Source of the DNA: Lama guanicoe
Lineage: Eukaryota
DNA: 64,000 nucleotides
NCBI GenBank assembly: GCA_013239625.1
Contig: MU053559.1
Span: forward strand, 992,001 to 1,056,000
Direction of reading: 5' to 3'
Made by a program: the position numbers and the translations under genes. The notes beneath the pieces were generated by a model. It was given only the letters and a program-made list of their open reading frames with translations. It was not told where the DNA came from and did no database searches. Shown here piece by piece: positions 27,690-40,896 of the stretch (positions are counted from its first letter, which is position 1; each line of letters starts with the position of its first letter).

Positions 27690-27781
27690 TTCTTTCTTTT
27701 TTTTTTTATTCCCTTAATGGAGGCACCGGGGACCTTGTACATGCCAAGTGTGTGCTCTACCACTGAGCTATGCTCCCCCCA
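27690..27781 (-). mobile_element. tRNA-Ala SINE with internal deletion
   Basis: ctctaccactgagctatgctccccc head; B-box segment missing. Confidence 0.8.
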
Positions 27782-29069
27782 GCTCCCTTTTTGTTAGCAA
27801 TACCTGAGATGTATTGATGAGTTACGTTTAAAGTTAATTACCAAAAATGGTGCATTTTTATTATCACTCTGAAAAGCAGAACTATGTAATTTTCAACATC
27901 CATAACTTTATTTTCTTCAGAATCTTAATTGCTTTTCTTAAAAAAAAAATTAAGCTTCATATCCACCTGTGGGTGGTGCAAAAAAATATGCTCCATGACT
28001 CAGCGGTTTTCTTTTCAGAATTACTTATCTCCAGCCACTTGTTGGAGCAGAGGATGTGGCAAAGGCATTGGATTAGGTGCTTTGAAACCCTTTGATAAGA
28101 ATCTCTAGGCATTATAAGTGTTAGTTTAGGCTTACTCTTTGCTCCTCCTATAACCTAGTTAGTTAAGATATTAACAAAAAAGAACACAAAAGAGAATACG
28201 ATAGATTTCCATATAACGAGATACTTAAACATTCATTAAAACAAAGGCACTGACTTGGAAAGATGCCTTTATTTTATTGCCAAGTGAATAAAAATAAGTT
28301 GCAGAGCAATATGCATTCACTGATTTCATTTTTTGTTAAAAAATTATGTTGGTATAAGAATAGCAAAATGTTCAGAAGCACACACAACAATTATATTTTT
28401 AGGAGTCTTAATTTATCAGTGTTTTTTTTTCCTTCTGTGACATCTGAGTTGCCAATTATAAAAATATTTGCCCTTGTTTTAATTTAACACTTTCATGGTT
28501 TTCTTTTTCCTTTGGTTTTCTTTTCTTTTCTTTTCTTTTCTTCCTTTCTTTCTTTTCTAACATTTAAAGTTTCAATCCAGATGGAATTTCCTTTTTTGTA
28601 TAAGAAGACAGATATCTAGTTTTAATTTTTTCCCCAAATAACTACTAGATACTCTAGAAATATTGGAAAATTATGTTAATTTGTCAGGAAAGAGGTATAT
28701 AGGGAAAATGGTAAAAACTTTTAATGAAAGAAAAAATTCAGCATCCTTTAAAAATTTGCAGTTTTATAAGCAGTGAGTTACAGAGAAAGAAAATGCCATA
28801 GAACAGGTAATTAAAATAATCACTACCAGAAATAGAACCATATCAGGACACTGCTTGAACAGAGAAAAGCCACAGCACCTGGAAATCATGATATATGCTA
28901 TTTTGACATCAAAAATCTCCAAGTTGGTAGGGAACAAAAATGCTTTCATTGCCTTCATCTTAAATTTATAAGAGAAGAATTGCTTGAAACAATTAATAGT
29001 ATGGGCAGAGAAAATGAATAGACAGTTTTCCAAAGAAGACATGCAAATGGCTAGCAGGTACATGATAGG

Positions 29070-29400
29070 GTGAAGTCAGGGTATACAGGAGTTTTTTGTT
29101 GGGAAAAAGAACCAACATGTAGCCGAACATCAAAAGATTACTACCAACCACAAAAACAGAGAACATAATGATTTAGCACTTTTCTATATATGGGAAGATG
29201 CAAGAGTCTGGGCTTACTGAAATCATTTCTTAGATACGCATCTCAACTATCTAGGGCCAGTATCTTGTTTTTCTCCATCCTGAATTCCCCCACCCCCCGC
29301 CAGTGCACCAACAGTGGTGGCTGCAGTGCATGGCTGATGGCTTGATGACAGGCAACATTTGTTGTTTACTGGAATGGCAGGCAATATTCTTTGTTTACTA
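29070..29400 (-). mobile_element. Partial MER41-related ERV1 LTR
   Basis: atgggaagatgcaagagtctgggcttactgaaatcatttcttagatacgcatctcaactatctagggccagtatc resembles artiodactyl MER41-like LTRs (recalled). Confidence 0.65.
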
Positions 29401-29515
29401 AAATTTCAGGCAACATATTTTATGTTCACACAATTGTATCTCAATAAAGCTGTAAAATAAATAAATAAATAAATAATGTCACTGGACAGGTTTGAATCAC
29501 CACGACGATTAAACT

Positions 29516-29661
29516 GGGAGGAGGGTATAGCTCAGTGGTAGAGCGCATGCTTAGCATGCATGAAGTCCTGGGTTCAATCGTGGCACTTCCATCAAAAAGA
29601 TAATAATAAAAATAAATAAAATTTATTTTAAAAAAGAATATTTCTTTCATTCTAAAAAAAA
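29516..29661 (+). mobile_element. tRNA-Ala SINE
   Basis: SINE head, A-rich tail, flanking repeat GATTAAACT. Confidence 0.88.
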
Positions 29662-30079
29662 GATTAAACTATTCTCAGACACTTTAGCTACATCTACTCG
29701 TATGATATTGAGAATACTAATTACAAATCATGTTTATATAATCCTTAATCCTTTTCTCATTAAGTAGGTTTCACAGTATTGGAAAATCTCCAGTATTGGA
29801 TTAATAATCTAATGACTACCACCCCTGGTTCCTTATGAGGTTTTATTCATGAGGCTGAGCATCTTTTATATGATTATTTGCTTCTTTTGTCAATTGCCTG
29901 CTTAAATGTCTTATTTATTTTTCTGTGTAGTTGTCCATCTTTTTTCTTAATGATATTTTATATTCTGGATACTCATCCTCTGTCTATTATATATATAAAG
30001 AATATCTTTTTCTGGTCTGTGGCTTTTCTTTTCACGCTTGATGGTGTGCCTAGGTGAATAGATTTTGTTTTGCTTTATT

Positions 30080-30820
30080 TTAATATTTGCATTTGAAACT
30101 ATCTCAAGCATACAAAAAAGTTCCAAGTACAGTAAACAACCATTTTTCTGAACTGCTTGAAAATATATTGCTAATCTGATGCTCCATCATCCCTGAATAC
30201 TTCAGTGTTTTCTGCAAAGACCTTCTCCTCCATAACCATAGGACAACCAGCAAAATCAGGAAATTAACATTCTTACCATCTAATCCTCAGACCCCATTCA
30301 AGTTTCACCTATTGTCCCAACAGTATTCATTGTAGCAAAAGAATCCAATGTAGGATTATGTTTAGCATTTAGTTTTCATGTCTCTAGTATTCTTCAATCA
30401 GTGCCTCAGTCTTTCTTTGTCTTTCATAACCTTTTGAAGATTACAGGGCAGTTATTTTGTAGAACACCCCTCAATTTGGATTTGTCTAATGTTTCCTCAT
30501 GATTAAATTCAGGTAATATTTCTTTGTCAGGGATAGCACAGAAGTGATGTTGTGTCCTGAGTACATCCAATCAAATGGGACATAATGTAGATTTGTCCTG
30601 TAACCAACAATATTCACTGTGATCACTTGATTAAGGTGGGTCTCCCAGGCTTCTCTACTATAAAGTTACTCTTTTCCCCTTTGTAATTAATATGTAATTT
30701 ATGGAGAGGCACTTTGAGATCATGTAAATATACTGTTCCTCATCAAATTTTCAATTTATTCATTTATTTATATCAGTATGGATTCATGATTCCCTATTTT
30801 ATTCTATGAGTTACAATATG
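30080..30820 (-). mobile_element. L1MC4-like 3' fragment
   Basis: atcaggaaattaacatt...gatcacttgattaaggtgg motifs. Confidence 0.7.
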
Positions 30821-31079
30821 CTTTTTTCGTCTACTTTTATTTAAAAATTTTTATTATACAAATTAGGATAAAGATGGAGAAAAAGGAAGTAATTAAAAAA
30901 CCCAGCAAGTCTGAATATTCATTCAAATGATTACATATAATAGATGGTAATTACCCCCAGAGCATAAATAGTGACATTCTTATGAGTTAAATATTCACGT
31001 GATATGATTTTACAATATTATTTTAAGATGTCAACCTAGTATTTCTCCAACACCCTGGTGAATCAAAGTGTATCCTTCC

Positions 31080-31290
31080 TAGAATAGAAATAATAACAAA
31101 CCCTTGAGTGCTAACTATGCGTCAGTTGCTGTGCGAAGTGATTTGTACATATTTATTCATCCACACTTTACAGTGAGGAAACTGAGGCAGAGGAAGGAAG
31201 TAACTTCGCCAGTACTCTAGGACTAGTATGCGGCAAAGCCAAGATTCTAGCCCAGGCAGTGTGGCTCTCACCACCACGTGCTTGCTTGTT
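31080..31290. mobile_element. MIR SINE
   Basis: tttacagtgaggaaactgaggcagag...aagtaactt core. Confidence 0.75.
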
Positions 31291-31409
31291 CTTTTCTGCC
31301 TCCAGAAAATTCCCTCCTTTTTTGCCTTATTTTCACTGCCCTCTGGCTACTATTTTGTAGCCATGATCCAAACCAGAGACACATAGCCATCATCTGTGAG
31401 CTGTGCATT

Positions 31410-34400
31410 TTTAAAAATGAAACTTAGAGATCATTGTAGATTCATATACAATTGTAAGAAATAATACAGAGGGATCCTCTATACCCTTTATTCAGTTTCC
31501 TCTAATGGTAACACCTTCCAAAATGACAGTACAATATCACAACCAGGGAATGAACAGTGATGCAATCCACAGGATCTCTCCTGTTACCCTTTTACAACCA
31601 CATCCACTATGCTTTCATCCTGCATCCCTTCCTCCATGACCCTAAACTCCTGACATTAATTTGTTCTCTATCTCTATCATTTTGTCATTTCAAGATAGTT
31701 ACATAAGTGGAATCATACAGTATATGATTTTAGGGTTTGGCTTTTTTTCACTCAGCCCAGTTCCCTGGAGATTCATTCAAGTGGTTGTGTGTATCAACAC
31801 TTTGGTCCTTTTTATTGCTGAGTAGTATTCCAGAGTGTGGATATACCACAGTTTGTTTTCCATTTACCTGTTGAAGGACACCTTGAGTTGTTTCCAGGTT
31901 TTCACTATTGCTGATAAAGCTGCTATGAACATTCATGTACAGGTTTTTGTATGAACATAAGTTTTCATTTCTCTGGGATAAATGTCCAAGAGTACAAATT
32001 GTTGGGTCATATGGCAATTGCACGTTTAGTTTATAAGAAACTGCCAAACTGTTTTTCAGTATGTATGAGTAATGCAGTTTCTCCACATACTTGCCAGCAT
32101 GTGGTATTATAATTTTGTATTTAGCCATTCTGACAGATGTATAATGACAGCTCATTGTGGTTATAATTTTCACTTCCTTAATGGTTAATGATGTTGCATA
32201 TATTCTCATGTGGTTATTTGCCACTGCATATCCTGTTCAGCAAAACGTTTCTTCATATTTTTGCCCATTTTCTAAAGGGATTGTTTGTTTCTTTAATGTT
32301 GAATTTTAAGAGTTCTTTAGATATTCTAGCATATTACTGGACCATGTGTTTTAATCCACTCTGCCAATTGCTTTTAATTGATGAACTTAGACCATTTATA
32401 TTTGAGGTAATTATTGATATATTAGAGTTTAAGTCTGCTATTTTAATATTTGTTTTCTGCTTGTTTCCTGTTTCTCATTCTCTTTTCTTACCTTCCTATG
32501 GGCTACTGGAGCATGTTTTAGGACTCCATCTTGATTTATTTATAGTGTTTTGAGTATATTGATTTGTATAGATGTCTTTGAGTACTCCTCTTTCTGTAGG
32601 TTTCTTAGTGGTTGCTCTAGGTAACCAGTAGATATGCAACTTACCTATTGGTATCAATGTTTACCACTTTGAATAAAGTGCAGAAACCTTACTTCCTTTA
32701 CCCTCCCCAGTTTAAAAATATAATTGTCTTAAATATTCCCTCTCTATATATTGGAGATCATATCAGATATTATCTACAAGAAACTCACTTCAGATACAAT
32801 GGCATAAGTAGATTGAAAATAAAAAGATGGGAAAAGATATACCATGCAAACATTAATTTAAAAAAAAAGCAGGAGTGCTTATATTCATATCAGATAAAGT
32901 AGACTTCAGAGTAACAAAAAAAAAACTCTTCCTAGAAACAAAGAGGGACATTGCATAATGATAAAAAGATCAACCTACGAGAAAGACATAACAATCCTAA
33001 ATGTGCACATACCAAACAAAAGAGCCCCAAATACATGAAACAAACAAACATAAAAGATAGGGCTGAAAGGAGAAATAGACAAATGCACTAAAAATAACTT
33101 CAACACCCCACTCTTATCAATTGATAGAACTACTATACAAAAAAAATCAGCAGTGGAAGAAGTGAAAAAATAATGAACCAAAAGGAGGATGATTATATAT
33201 ATATATATATAGTCTTTTCAAGGGTCCATAATACATTCATCAATATAGCCCATACCCTCGACCATTTTTTAAGAACCTGAAGAAATTTAAACTAATTTGA
33301 ATTATACAGAGTATATCCTCTAGGCATAATGGAAACAGACTAGAAATTAATAAAAGAATGAAAAAATTTCCACACTTGGAAATTAAATAACATACTCCTA
33401 GACAATCCTTGGGTCAAAAAGGAATTCTCAAAGGAAATTAAAAAAAAACATAGAACTGAATGAAAAGGAAAATACAACATATTAAAAGATATGAAATGCA
33501 GCTAAATCTGTGGTGAGAAGGAAATTTATAGCACTAAATGCTTGCCTTAAGAAAAAGAGAAAAAGTCTCAAATCACTAATCTAAGTTTCTATCTCAAGAC
33601 TGAAAAAAAGAAGAGTGAAATATATCCAAACGGTAGGAAGAAAATGATGACGGTAAGAACAGAAATCAGTGACATTGAAAACAGGAAAAACAACAGAAAA
33701 ATCAATGAAACAAAAAGCTCTGAAAAAATCAGTAAAATGGATAAACCTCTGGCAGGTGTGACAAAAGTAAAAGAAAACACAAATGACCAATATGGGGAAT
33801 GAAAAGGAGTATCACTCAGTTCCTATAGACATTAAAAGGATAATAAGAAAATATCATGAACTTTCCTCTCATAGATTCTATAATTTAGAAGAAACTGACC
33901 AATTCCTTGAAAACCACAAACTACAAAAGCTTATCCAAGATGAAATAATCTTGAGTGGTTTCATAGCCATTAAGGAAATTGAATTTGAAATTTAAAGTTC
34001 CCTAAAAAGAAATCTTGAAGTTTGTATGGAGAAATCTATCAAACATTTAAACATACCAATTTTACTCAACCTGTTCCAAAAATAGAAGAGGAGGAAGCAC
34101 TTCCCAGGCTCATTTTATGAGGCCAGTATTACCCTGTACCAAAAGAAGACAATGACAGTTATCCAGTCCAAGCTCCTACTGATCACCACACGACAAGCCA
34201 ATAAATTGAGAGATAAGATGTTGGGGTAAGGAATAGTGACTTTATTCGGAAAGCCAGCAGACTGAGAAGATGGTGAACTAGTGAGCCAAAGACCAGCTTC
34301 TCTGAGTTACAGTTCAACTCCTTTTATACTAAAAGGCGAGGCATTAAAGTTCTGGTTCTGGTCAGACTCCAAGGGAAGATGTTAATTTCTTCCTCCTGCA

Positions 34401-35960
34401 GTCATTCACAGGTGAGCCTGGTCCTAAGGTTTCCTACGAGCTAAACAACGGCATCTTAGATTAACGCTCATTACCTGGGAGGCAGGGTTCCCAGAGATGG
34501 GCCATTATGTATATTAAGCTTATAGGCAACATCCCTTTAGTGATTAACTTGTAGAAAAAGCAACAGAATACAAAGGTTCAAGTAAAAGAAACAGATCCAA
34601 CAGGGAGTCAAATTTGTTCTTCCCTATTACAACAGCACAAAAAATAAAATTCCAGACCAGTGTCCCCTCAAGAGCATAGACAGAAAACCCTAACAAAATA
34701 TTAGCAAACCAAATGCAGCAACATGTGAAAGTATGAGTATGCAAATTTGGTTCAACATTTGAAAATCAATTTATCCCATCATATCAGCAGAAGAAAAACC
34801 ATACGATCATATCAATTGACACAGAAAAAGCAACTGACCAAATGAGAGCGAGGGATTACCTCAGGCTGATAAAGAGCGTCTACAAGAAACCTACAGCTAA
34901 CATCATACTTAATGGTGAAATACTGAATTTGTAATTACCCGCTGAAGCAATTTTATGGTGGCTGCTTTAAAATCTTTGAAAGATAATTCCAACATTTGAT
35001 TTATCTCAGAGCCGAATGTCTTTTCTCATTCAAGTTGTGGATTTTCCTGGTTCTTGGTATGACAAGTGATTTTTTTTAATTGCAGCCAGAGTATTTTGAA
35101 TATTATAATATTTAATCTTTTAGTGGTGAGCTATTACAGCGTGAGATTTCACCTTATTTTATTCAGCTAGTGGTCACCCTGTTGCTATGTGTCACTAGGA
35201 GGGTGAGATAAGTGTGTATATGCAACTTCCCACTGGGCCCTTCGGACGCCAGCCCAGCAAAGGTGGGGGAGCAACTACTCACACAGCCTCCACAGGGTGG
35301 GATGGAAACTCATCTTTCCCGTCAGTCTGCCACCACTTTCGCGGCTAAGTTAGGGCACAGAACAGCACCATCTCTTTACCTCTGTGTGGGAGTTTAAGCT
35401 CTCTGGCCTCCTGGGCCCTGCTGACATCAGAGGTGCAAGGAATGGGGAATCCTGATTAGAACTAACTGGTACTTCCCTGATTAGTCTGTGGATGCCAGGT
35501 AGGGCGGAGGCTCAGTTCACTTCCCCCTGATGAGGGGTGGGGTGAAGTATCAGCTCCCTGCTCTCCTGATGAAATGTGGGAGGGTGGCGAAGGGCTGGGT
35601 TTTCCATTGGTGTTTGATATAGGGCTGGTATTATCTGAAAGGTTTTCTGTTCTTAGGCCACCCTTTGCCCCGGCCTCTGGCTAAAGGAAACAGACTTCCC
35701 TTGTAGCTTTTGGGGTTTTTTTTTTAATGGTCTGTGTCTGTTGGCAGTTCCAGGTTGGAGGCTTCTGGAATCCCTTGTCCAGGATTTACGAGCAGCAATA
35801 AGGAAGCTGGGGAAATTCCTCAAGTCTTGCGGCCCCTAAGCTAACCGACCTTCTTTCCACCTTCCCGATGCTTGTTTGTTGTGTTATGTACAAGAGTTTT
35901 TAGCTGTAAGAGGGAGGGCTTGGGAGGAGGGGATACTCCATCTTGACCGGAACTGGAAGT
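31410..35960. mobile_element. Rearranged L1M: minus 31410-32770, plus 32770-34930, minus 34940-35960
   Basis: ORF2 start motifs on the minus strand, EN/RT motifs (YLQETHFRY...WEKIYHAN) on the plus strand. Confidence 0.85.
34159..34631 (-). mobile_element. ERV1-type solo LTR, copy 1
   Basis: Homologous to 35988-36455; 4-bp TSD ACAG; interrupts L1 ORF2. Confidence 0.85.
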
Positions 35961-35987
35961 CATTATTATTTATTTGGGGGCTCAAAC

Positions 35988-36455
35988 TGTTACCAAGTCC
36001 ACGCTCCTACGGCTCGCCACAGGACCGGACAGTAAATCAAGAGATGAGTTGTAGGGGCAAGAATCAGCGACTTAATTCAGAAAGCCAGCAGACTGAGAAG
36101 ATGGCAAACTAGTGTCTCCCCTGAGTTAGCATTCAGGCTTCCTTTATACTAAAAGGGGAGAGAGTAAACTCGAACCTTCCCTGGTTCCAGCCAGACTCCA
36201 GAGAGGAGACGTTCATTTCTTCCTGCCTGTAGTCATTCACAGGTGGGCCTAATCAGGTTATTTTCTGTGAGCTAAACTAAGGTATTTCAGCTTAATACTC
36301 ATTACCTGGGAGGCAGAGTTCCCAGAGATGGGCCATTATGTATAATTTCAGCTTACAGGCAATGTCCTTTCAGTGATTAACAAGCAATAGAATACAAAGC
36401 TTAAAGCAAAAGAAACAGATCTAATAGACAGTCAGATTTGTTCTTCCCTATTACA
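35988..36455 (-). mobile_element. ERV1-type solo LTR, copy 2
   Basis: TGTTA...TTACA ends; 4-bp TSD AAAC. Confidence 0.88.
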
Positions 36456-36779
36456 AAACTGTCTAAACTTGGCCCAGTGAGAGCTCCTTCAAGCTGCCTC
36501 CGGTAGCATTCTAACATGTCCCAGTTACTCTCTGAGCAAGTCCTTACTTTCTGGCACAAGATATTCCAAGCCCATCTTATACTTCCCGGCTCCAGCCATA
36601 AAATAAGCCATTTCTGCAAAGAGCCCTATATCCTTTTAGCGGAGAGCGGTATTTAGAAACCACTAGTAGATACTTTCTTCATTCCTCCGGGGGTCCAACA
36701 CTCAGCTCTTCCTGAATGAAGGTTTGTGAAGGACAAGGTAAGATGTGCCTCTGATCACAGTAAGTGCTCCTCTTGCAGT

Positions 36780-37400
36780 GCCTGAGATCCCCGCCAGGCG
36801 CTCCCGTCGCCCTAGCATTGGCCGCTAAGAAGGTATGGGCTTAGCTTTAGAGGGTGAGCTTGCACTTTGCCAACTGCAGACATAGATGGAGGGTTCAGGA
36901 AAGATCTACGGGCCGAACCAATGAATGCCTTCCTTTGCTTGGGGGGCGGGGACAGGTTACTTGACGAGCAAGGAGACGGCTCACGGGATTGGTGAGTCCC
37001 TGTTTCCTCCGGTCAGGAGCTCGCAATCTGTCAAATCACTGCCAGGTATTGGGTCCGGAGGGATCTGACTGGGAGCAGCCAAGAAACCCCGCTTCTGCCC
37101 TGGGCGCAATGTCGCCCCCTCCAACATCTTCCTCTCTCTCGGCCCCTCTGCCATCCTTCTCTCCCAGTCTCTTGATCTCCAGCATCTCTGCCGGCTGCCT
37201 AGTCCCCTCCTTTCCGGGTCGCCTCCTGCCCGCCCGGGTTCCCCGTCCTTTCAAGACCGTGGGCGTCTCTCATTGGTGCTGCCTGCGCTGTGGAGCCCGG
37301 GAGGCGCCTTCTTGACACTCGTTTCCTTGGCGACAGGGGCGGGGTTTGTGGGTCTCCGCAGGGAGCTGCGGAGACAGTGAGTTAGTCCTTACCCTCTAGT
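36780..37400. promoter_or_regulatory. Unassigned promoter-like CpG-rich region
   Basis: CCAAT at 36918-36922, GC boxes near 36943 and 37336, RFX X-box-like GTTTCCTTGGCGAC at 37321-37334. Confidence 0.55.
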
Positions 37401-37524
37401 TAATAAACAGGAGAGTATTGAGGGCTTACTAAGTGCCAGCCGCCATGTAGGCAGCGAGTACAAGCCCGGTCCTTTAAGTCCTCGTGAAGTCTTATGTAAT
37501 TACCTGCATTTTCTTTCTTTCTTT

Positions 37525-38710
37525 TTTTTTAAAGCTTTATTGAGACATAATTGATATACCACAAAATGCACATATTTAATGTAGACTGACTTTGCACATA
37601 CGCATACACCAGTGGTGCCATCACCACAAGGAAGATACTAAACATATCCATCACCTCTAAGAGTTTCCTTACATTCTTTTGTGTGTTTTTTTTTCTTTTG
37701 GTAATAAGAACATTTAACAAGAGATCTAGAGTCTTAATATATTTTAAAGTGTACAGTACCTTATTGTTAACTTCTATGGTATCTATGTTTAACTATATAT
37801 TGGTACTATGCTCTACATCAGATCTGTAGAATTCATCTCCCATAACTGACATTTTATACCTGATAAGAAACAATTCCCCATTTTCCCCTCCTCTCAGCCC
37901 CAGGCAACCACCATTCTACTCTCTGCTTCTATAACTTTGACTACTCTAGATACCTCACGTAAGTAGAGTCATGCAGGATCTGTCCTTCTGCATCTGGCTT
38001 ATTACTCTTAGCATAGAGTCCGCTAGGTTCATCCAAGTTGTTGCCAATGGCAAGATTTCCTTCTTTTTAAAAACTGAATAACATTCCACTGTATACAGAC
38101 ACCACATTTTCTTTATGCATTCATCTGTTATGAGTGTTTGGGTTGTTTCCATATCTTGGCTATTGTGAATAATGCTGAAATGAACACAGGAGTGCAGATA
38201 TCTCTATGAGATCCTGATTTCAATTCTCTTGGATATATACCCAGAAATAGGGTTGCAGGATCATATGGTAGTTCTATTTTTAATATTTTGAGGACCCTCC
38301 ATACTCTTTTCCCTAGTGGATGTGCCAATATACATTCCCACCAACAGTTTACAAGGGTTTCAATTTCTCCACAGCCTTGCTAATACTTGTCTTTTTTTTT
38401 TTTTTTTGGAATAGTCGTCCTGACAGGTGTGAGGTGATATCTCATTGTGGTTTTGACTTGCATTTCCCTTTTCACATACCATTTGTATATGTTGGTTTCC
38501 ACTTGTGTGTCTTCTTTGGAGAACTATCTCTAAGTCTTTGGCCCATTTTTAAATCAAGTTATTTGGCATTTTTTTGAAAAATCATCTTTATTAAGATATA
38601 CTTGACATGAAATAAATTGCACATATGAAAGTGTACTATTTGCTAAGTTTGGTGTATATACATCAGTGACACGACCATCACAGTCAAGAGAGTGAACATA
38701 TCCGCCCTTC
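37525..38710 (-). mobile_element. L1MA/MB 3' fragments
   Basis: LKILKIELPYDPATLFLGIYPRELKSGS ORF2 end plus 3'UTR. Confidence 0.88.
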
Positions 38711-39051
38711 TCACCACCAAATGTAGGTCTCCAGCTCTGATCTCTCTCCTGCTTGACCTATGGGACTGTCCCACAGATCTTTCAAGCTCAGTATATCTAG
38801 AATGACCTTGTCACTTTACAGTCCAATTTTCTCTAGTCCCCCGTCCTCCTCCTCTGATCCTAAAACTCAAATAACTCTGAGATGGAAGCACCCCAAACCT
38901 GGAAGTTGAACTCTCCTTTCCCTACATTTTGTGAAACAGCAAGACTTGTGGATTTTATATCCACAAATGAATTCTGTTCTGGTCCCTCTTTTTGGTCTGT
39001 CCCTCTACAGCTTTAGTGCAAGTCCTAGGCTTCTAATCTATGCTCCCCCTT

Positions 39052-39477
39052 TGTCATGGACTGAATAGTGTCCCTGCAAAATGCATGTGTTGAAGTCCTA
39101 ACCCCCAGTACCTCTGAATGTGAACTTATTTGGAGACAGGGTCTTTACAGAGGTAATCAAGTTTAAATGAGGTCATTAAAGGGGAGCCCTGAGCCAATAT
39201 GATGTCCTTATGAAAAAGGGGAGAGTTGAACAGCATGCGGAGATAAACCCAGAGGTCAGGGTGATGCTTCTAAAAACCAAGGAATGCCAGAGGTTGCCAG
39301 CAAACTACCAGAAGCTGGGTGAGAGGTGTGGAACAGATTCTCCCTCAGAGCCCTCAGAAGAAACCAACTGTATTGACACCTTGATCTTAGGCGTCTAGCC
39401 TCGGAGACACGCAATTTCTGTCAATAAGCTACCCAGTTTGTGGTGCTTTGTTACAGCAGCCCTAGCAAACTAATACA
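39052..39477 (+). mobile_element. MLT1C-like solo LTR within L2 remnants (38720-40070)
   Basis: tgtcatggactgaat...gattctccctcagagccctcaga...ttacagcagccctagcaaactaataca. Confidence 0.85.
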
Positions 39478-40896
39478 CCTTCTATTTTAAATCCCTCTCC
39501 TAGGCTCTGTCAGCACTGCAGCTGGAGGCATCAGATCTGAAGACAAACTTTGCCATGTCGTTCTTCTGCTAAAAGCCATTCAATAGCTCTTCCTCATCTC
39601 CAAAAAAGTAGTCCCAACTCCTTCAAGTGTAGTTCAAGGCTATTCATACTCCGGCCCCTCCCAGACCCAACTGCCCCATCTTTCAAGCCCTCCCGCTCTC
39701 CCACCTCAGCCTTGATCAGCTCTGTGGCATCTTCCGCATCTCGTGCTGGTTCCTATCCCGAGGCCTTTATTCCTCTGGTCCTTCCTGCCTGTGAATTCCT
39801 CCCTGTTTTCTTCTGTTGGTTCATTCTTATTCCTTCATCCTTAGCCCTCCTGGGCTCTGGTAACTTCTTTCATGGGAAAATGCTCTCCCTCCCTGTGCCT
39901 GATGCCAACTCTCGTCTTCCTACAGTGTTGAAATGATCTCCTTAGAAGCCCTGCTCTCCCACAAAGGGTATCATCTAAAGGGTAAGGAATGTGTTGCCTT
40001 CACCTCTGTACTGTTGTGGCCCCGCAGGCACAGTTCCTGCATGATACCAAGCAGGAACTCCTAAAAAGTTAATTTAACAGAACTTAAAAAAAAACAGTAT
40101 AACTGAATCACTATGCTGTACACCAGAAGCTAACACAACACTTGTGAATCAGCTCTACTTCATTAAAAACGCAACAGCAACAATAGCAACAGTAGATACT
40201 CCAAAGGTAAAGTGACAAAGGGCCTGAGCAAACAAGTATTAAGGTGATTGACAGCTATGGGCAAATGCTCTTCCTCCTTGTGAAAAAAGAAATGAAAATG
40301 AGAACAACCAGACAAAAGTCATTTTCAAATTTCAAAGTAGCATGAATGAGAAATGATGCTATTCAGAGCCCAAGACGGAGTAGAACGAATGCAGGTTTGG
40401 GAGGAGAAAATAACTTGCTTGGAAAGAAAGGAACATTCACTTGGTAGAATAAGAAAACGTAAGGAGAGTTATGGCCTTGGTCCTAGCAATCCCTTTTCTA
40501 TTATAGAGCGAAAGGGGAAAAAACGGAAACAGGAAAATCTTTCCAGATGAAAATGATTAGCTCTTCTTTCCTGCATCATCAGTTGTTCATGTCGCAGCCT
40601 GGCCCTGGGCCACCCTGACACAGACAAACTGAACTGTTCATTCTCTGTGATTCTGAGAGCTGGAGAGGCAGAGCCCCAAAGCAGGCAGGGGACTGAGCCC
40701 TGGACCAGGGTGAGCTTGACGTGGGGTGGGGGGGGGCCAGGGAGTGGAGCTCTGGGTCACCCCTCATAGCTGGTGGCTTGGAGACAGACTATCTTGTCTG
40801 CAGGCCGTGGAAAGATCATCTAGAATGGAAGTCACATCAAATGTTACCTCAGCATTCTCCATTGGCAAGTGGGTCAGGAAAGACATGTGGAGTTAT

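Noticed and set aside
34159..36455. Provirus bounded by two LTRs
   Set aside because: Each LTR has its own TSD; the interior is L1 with no PBS, gag or pol
40583..40709. 127-nt exon matching the KRAB-A exon length
   Set aside because: Translation shows no KRAB motif
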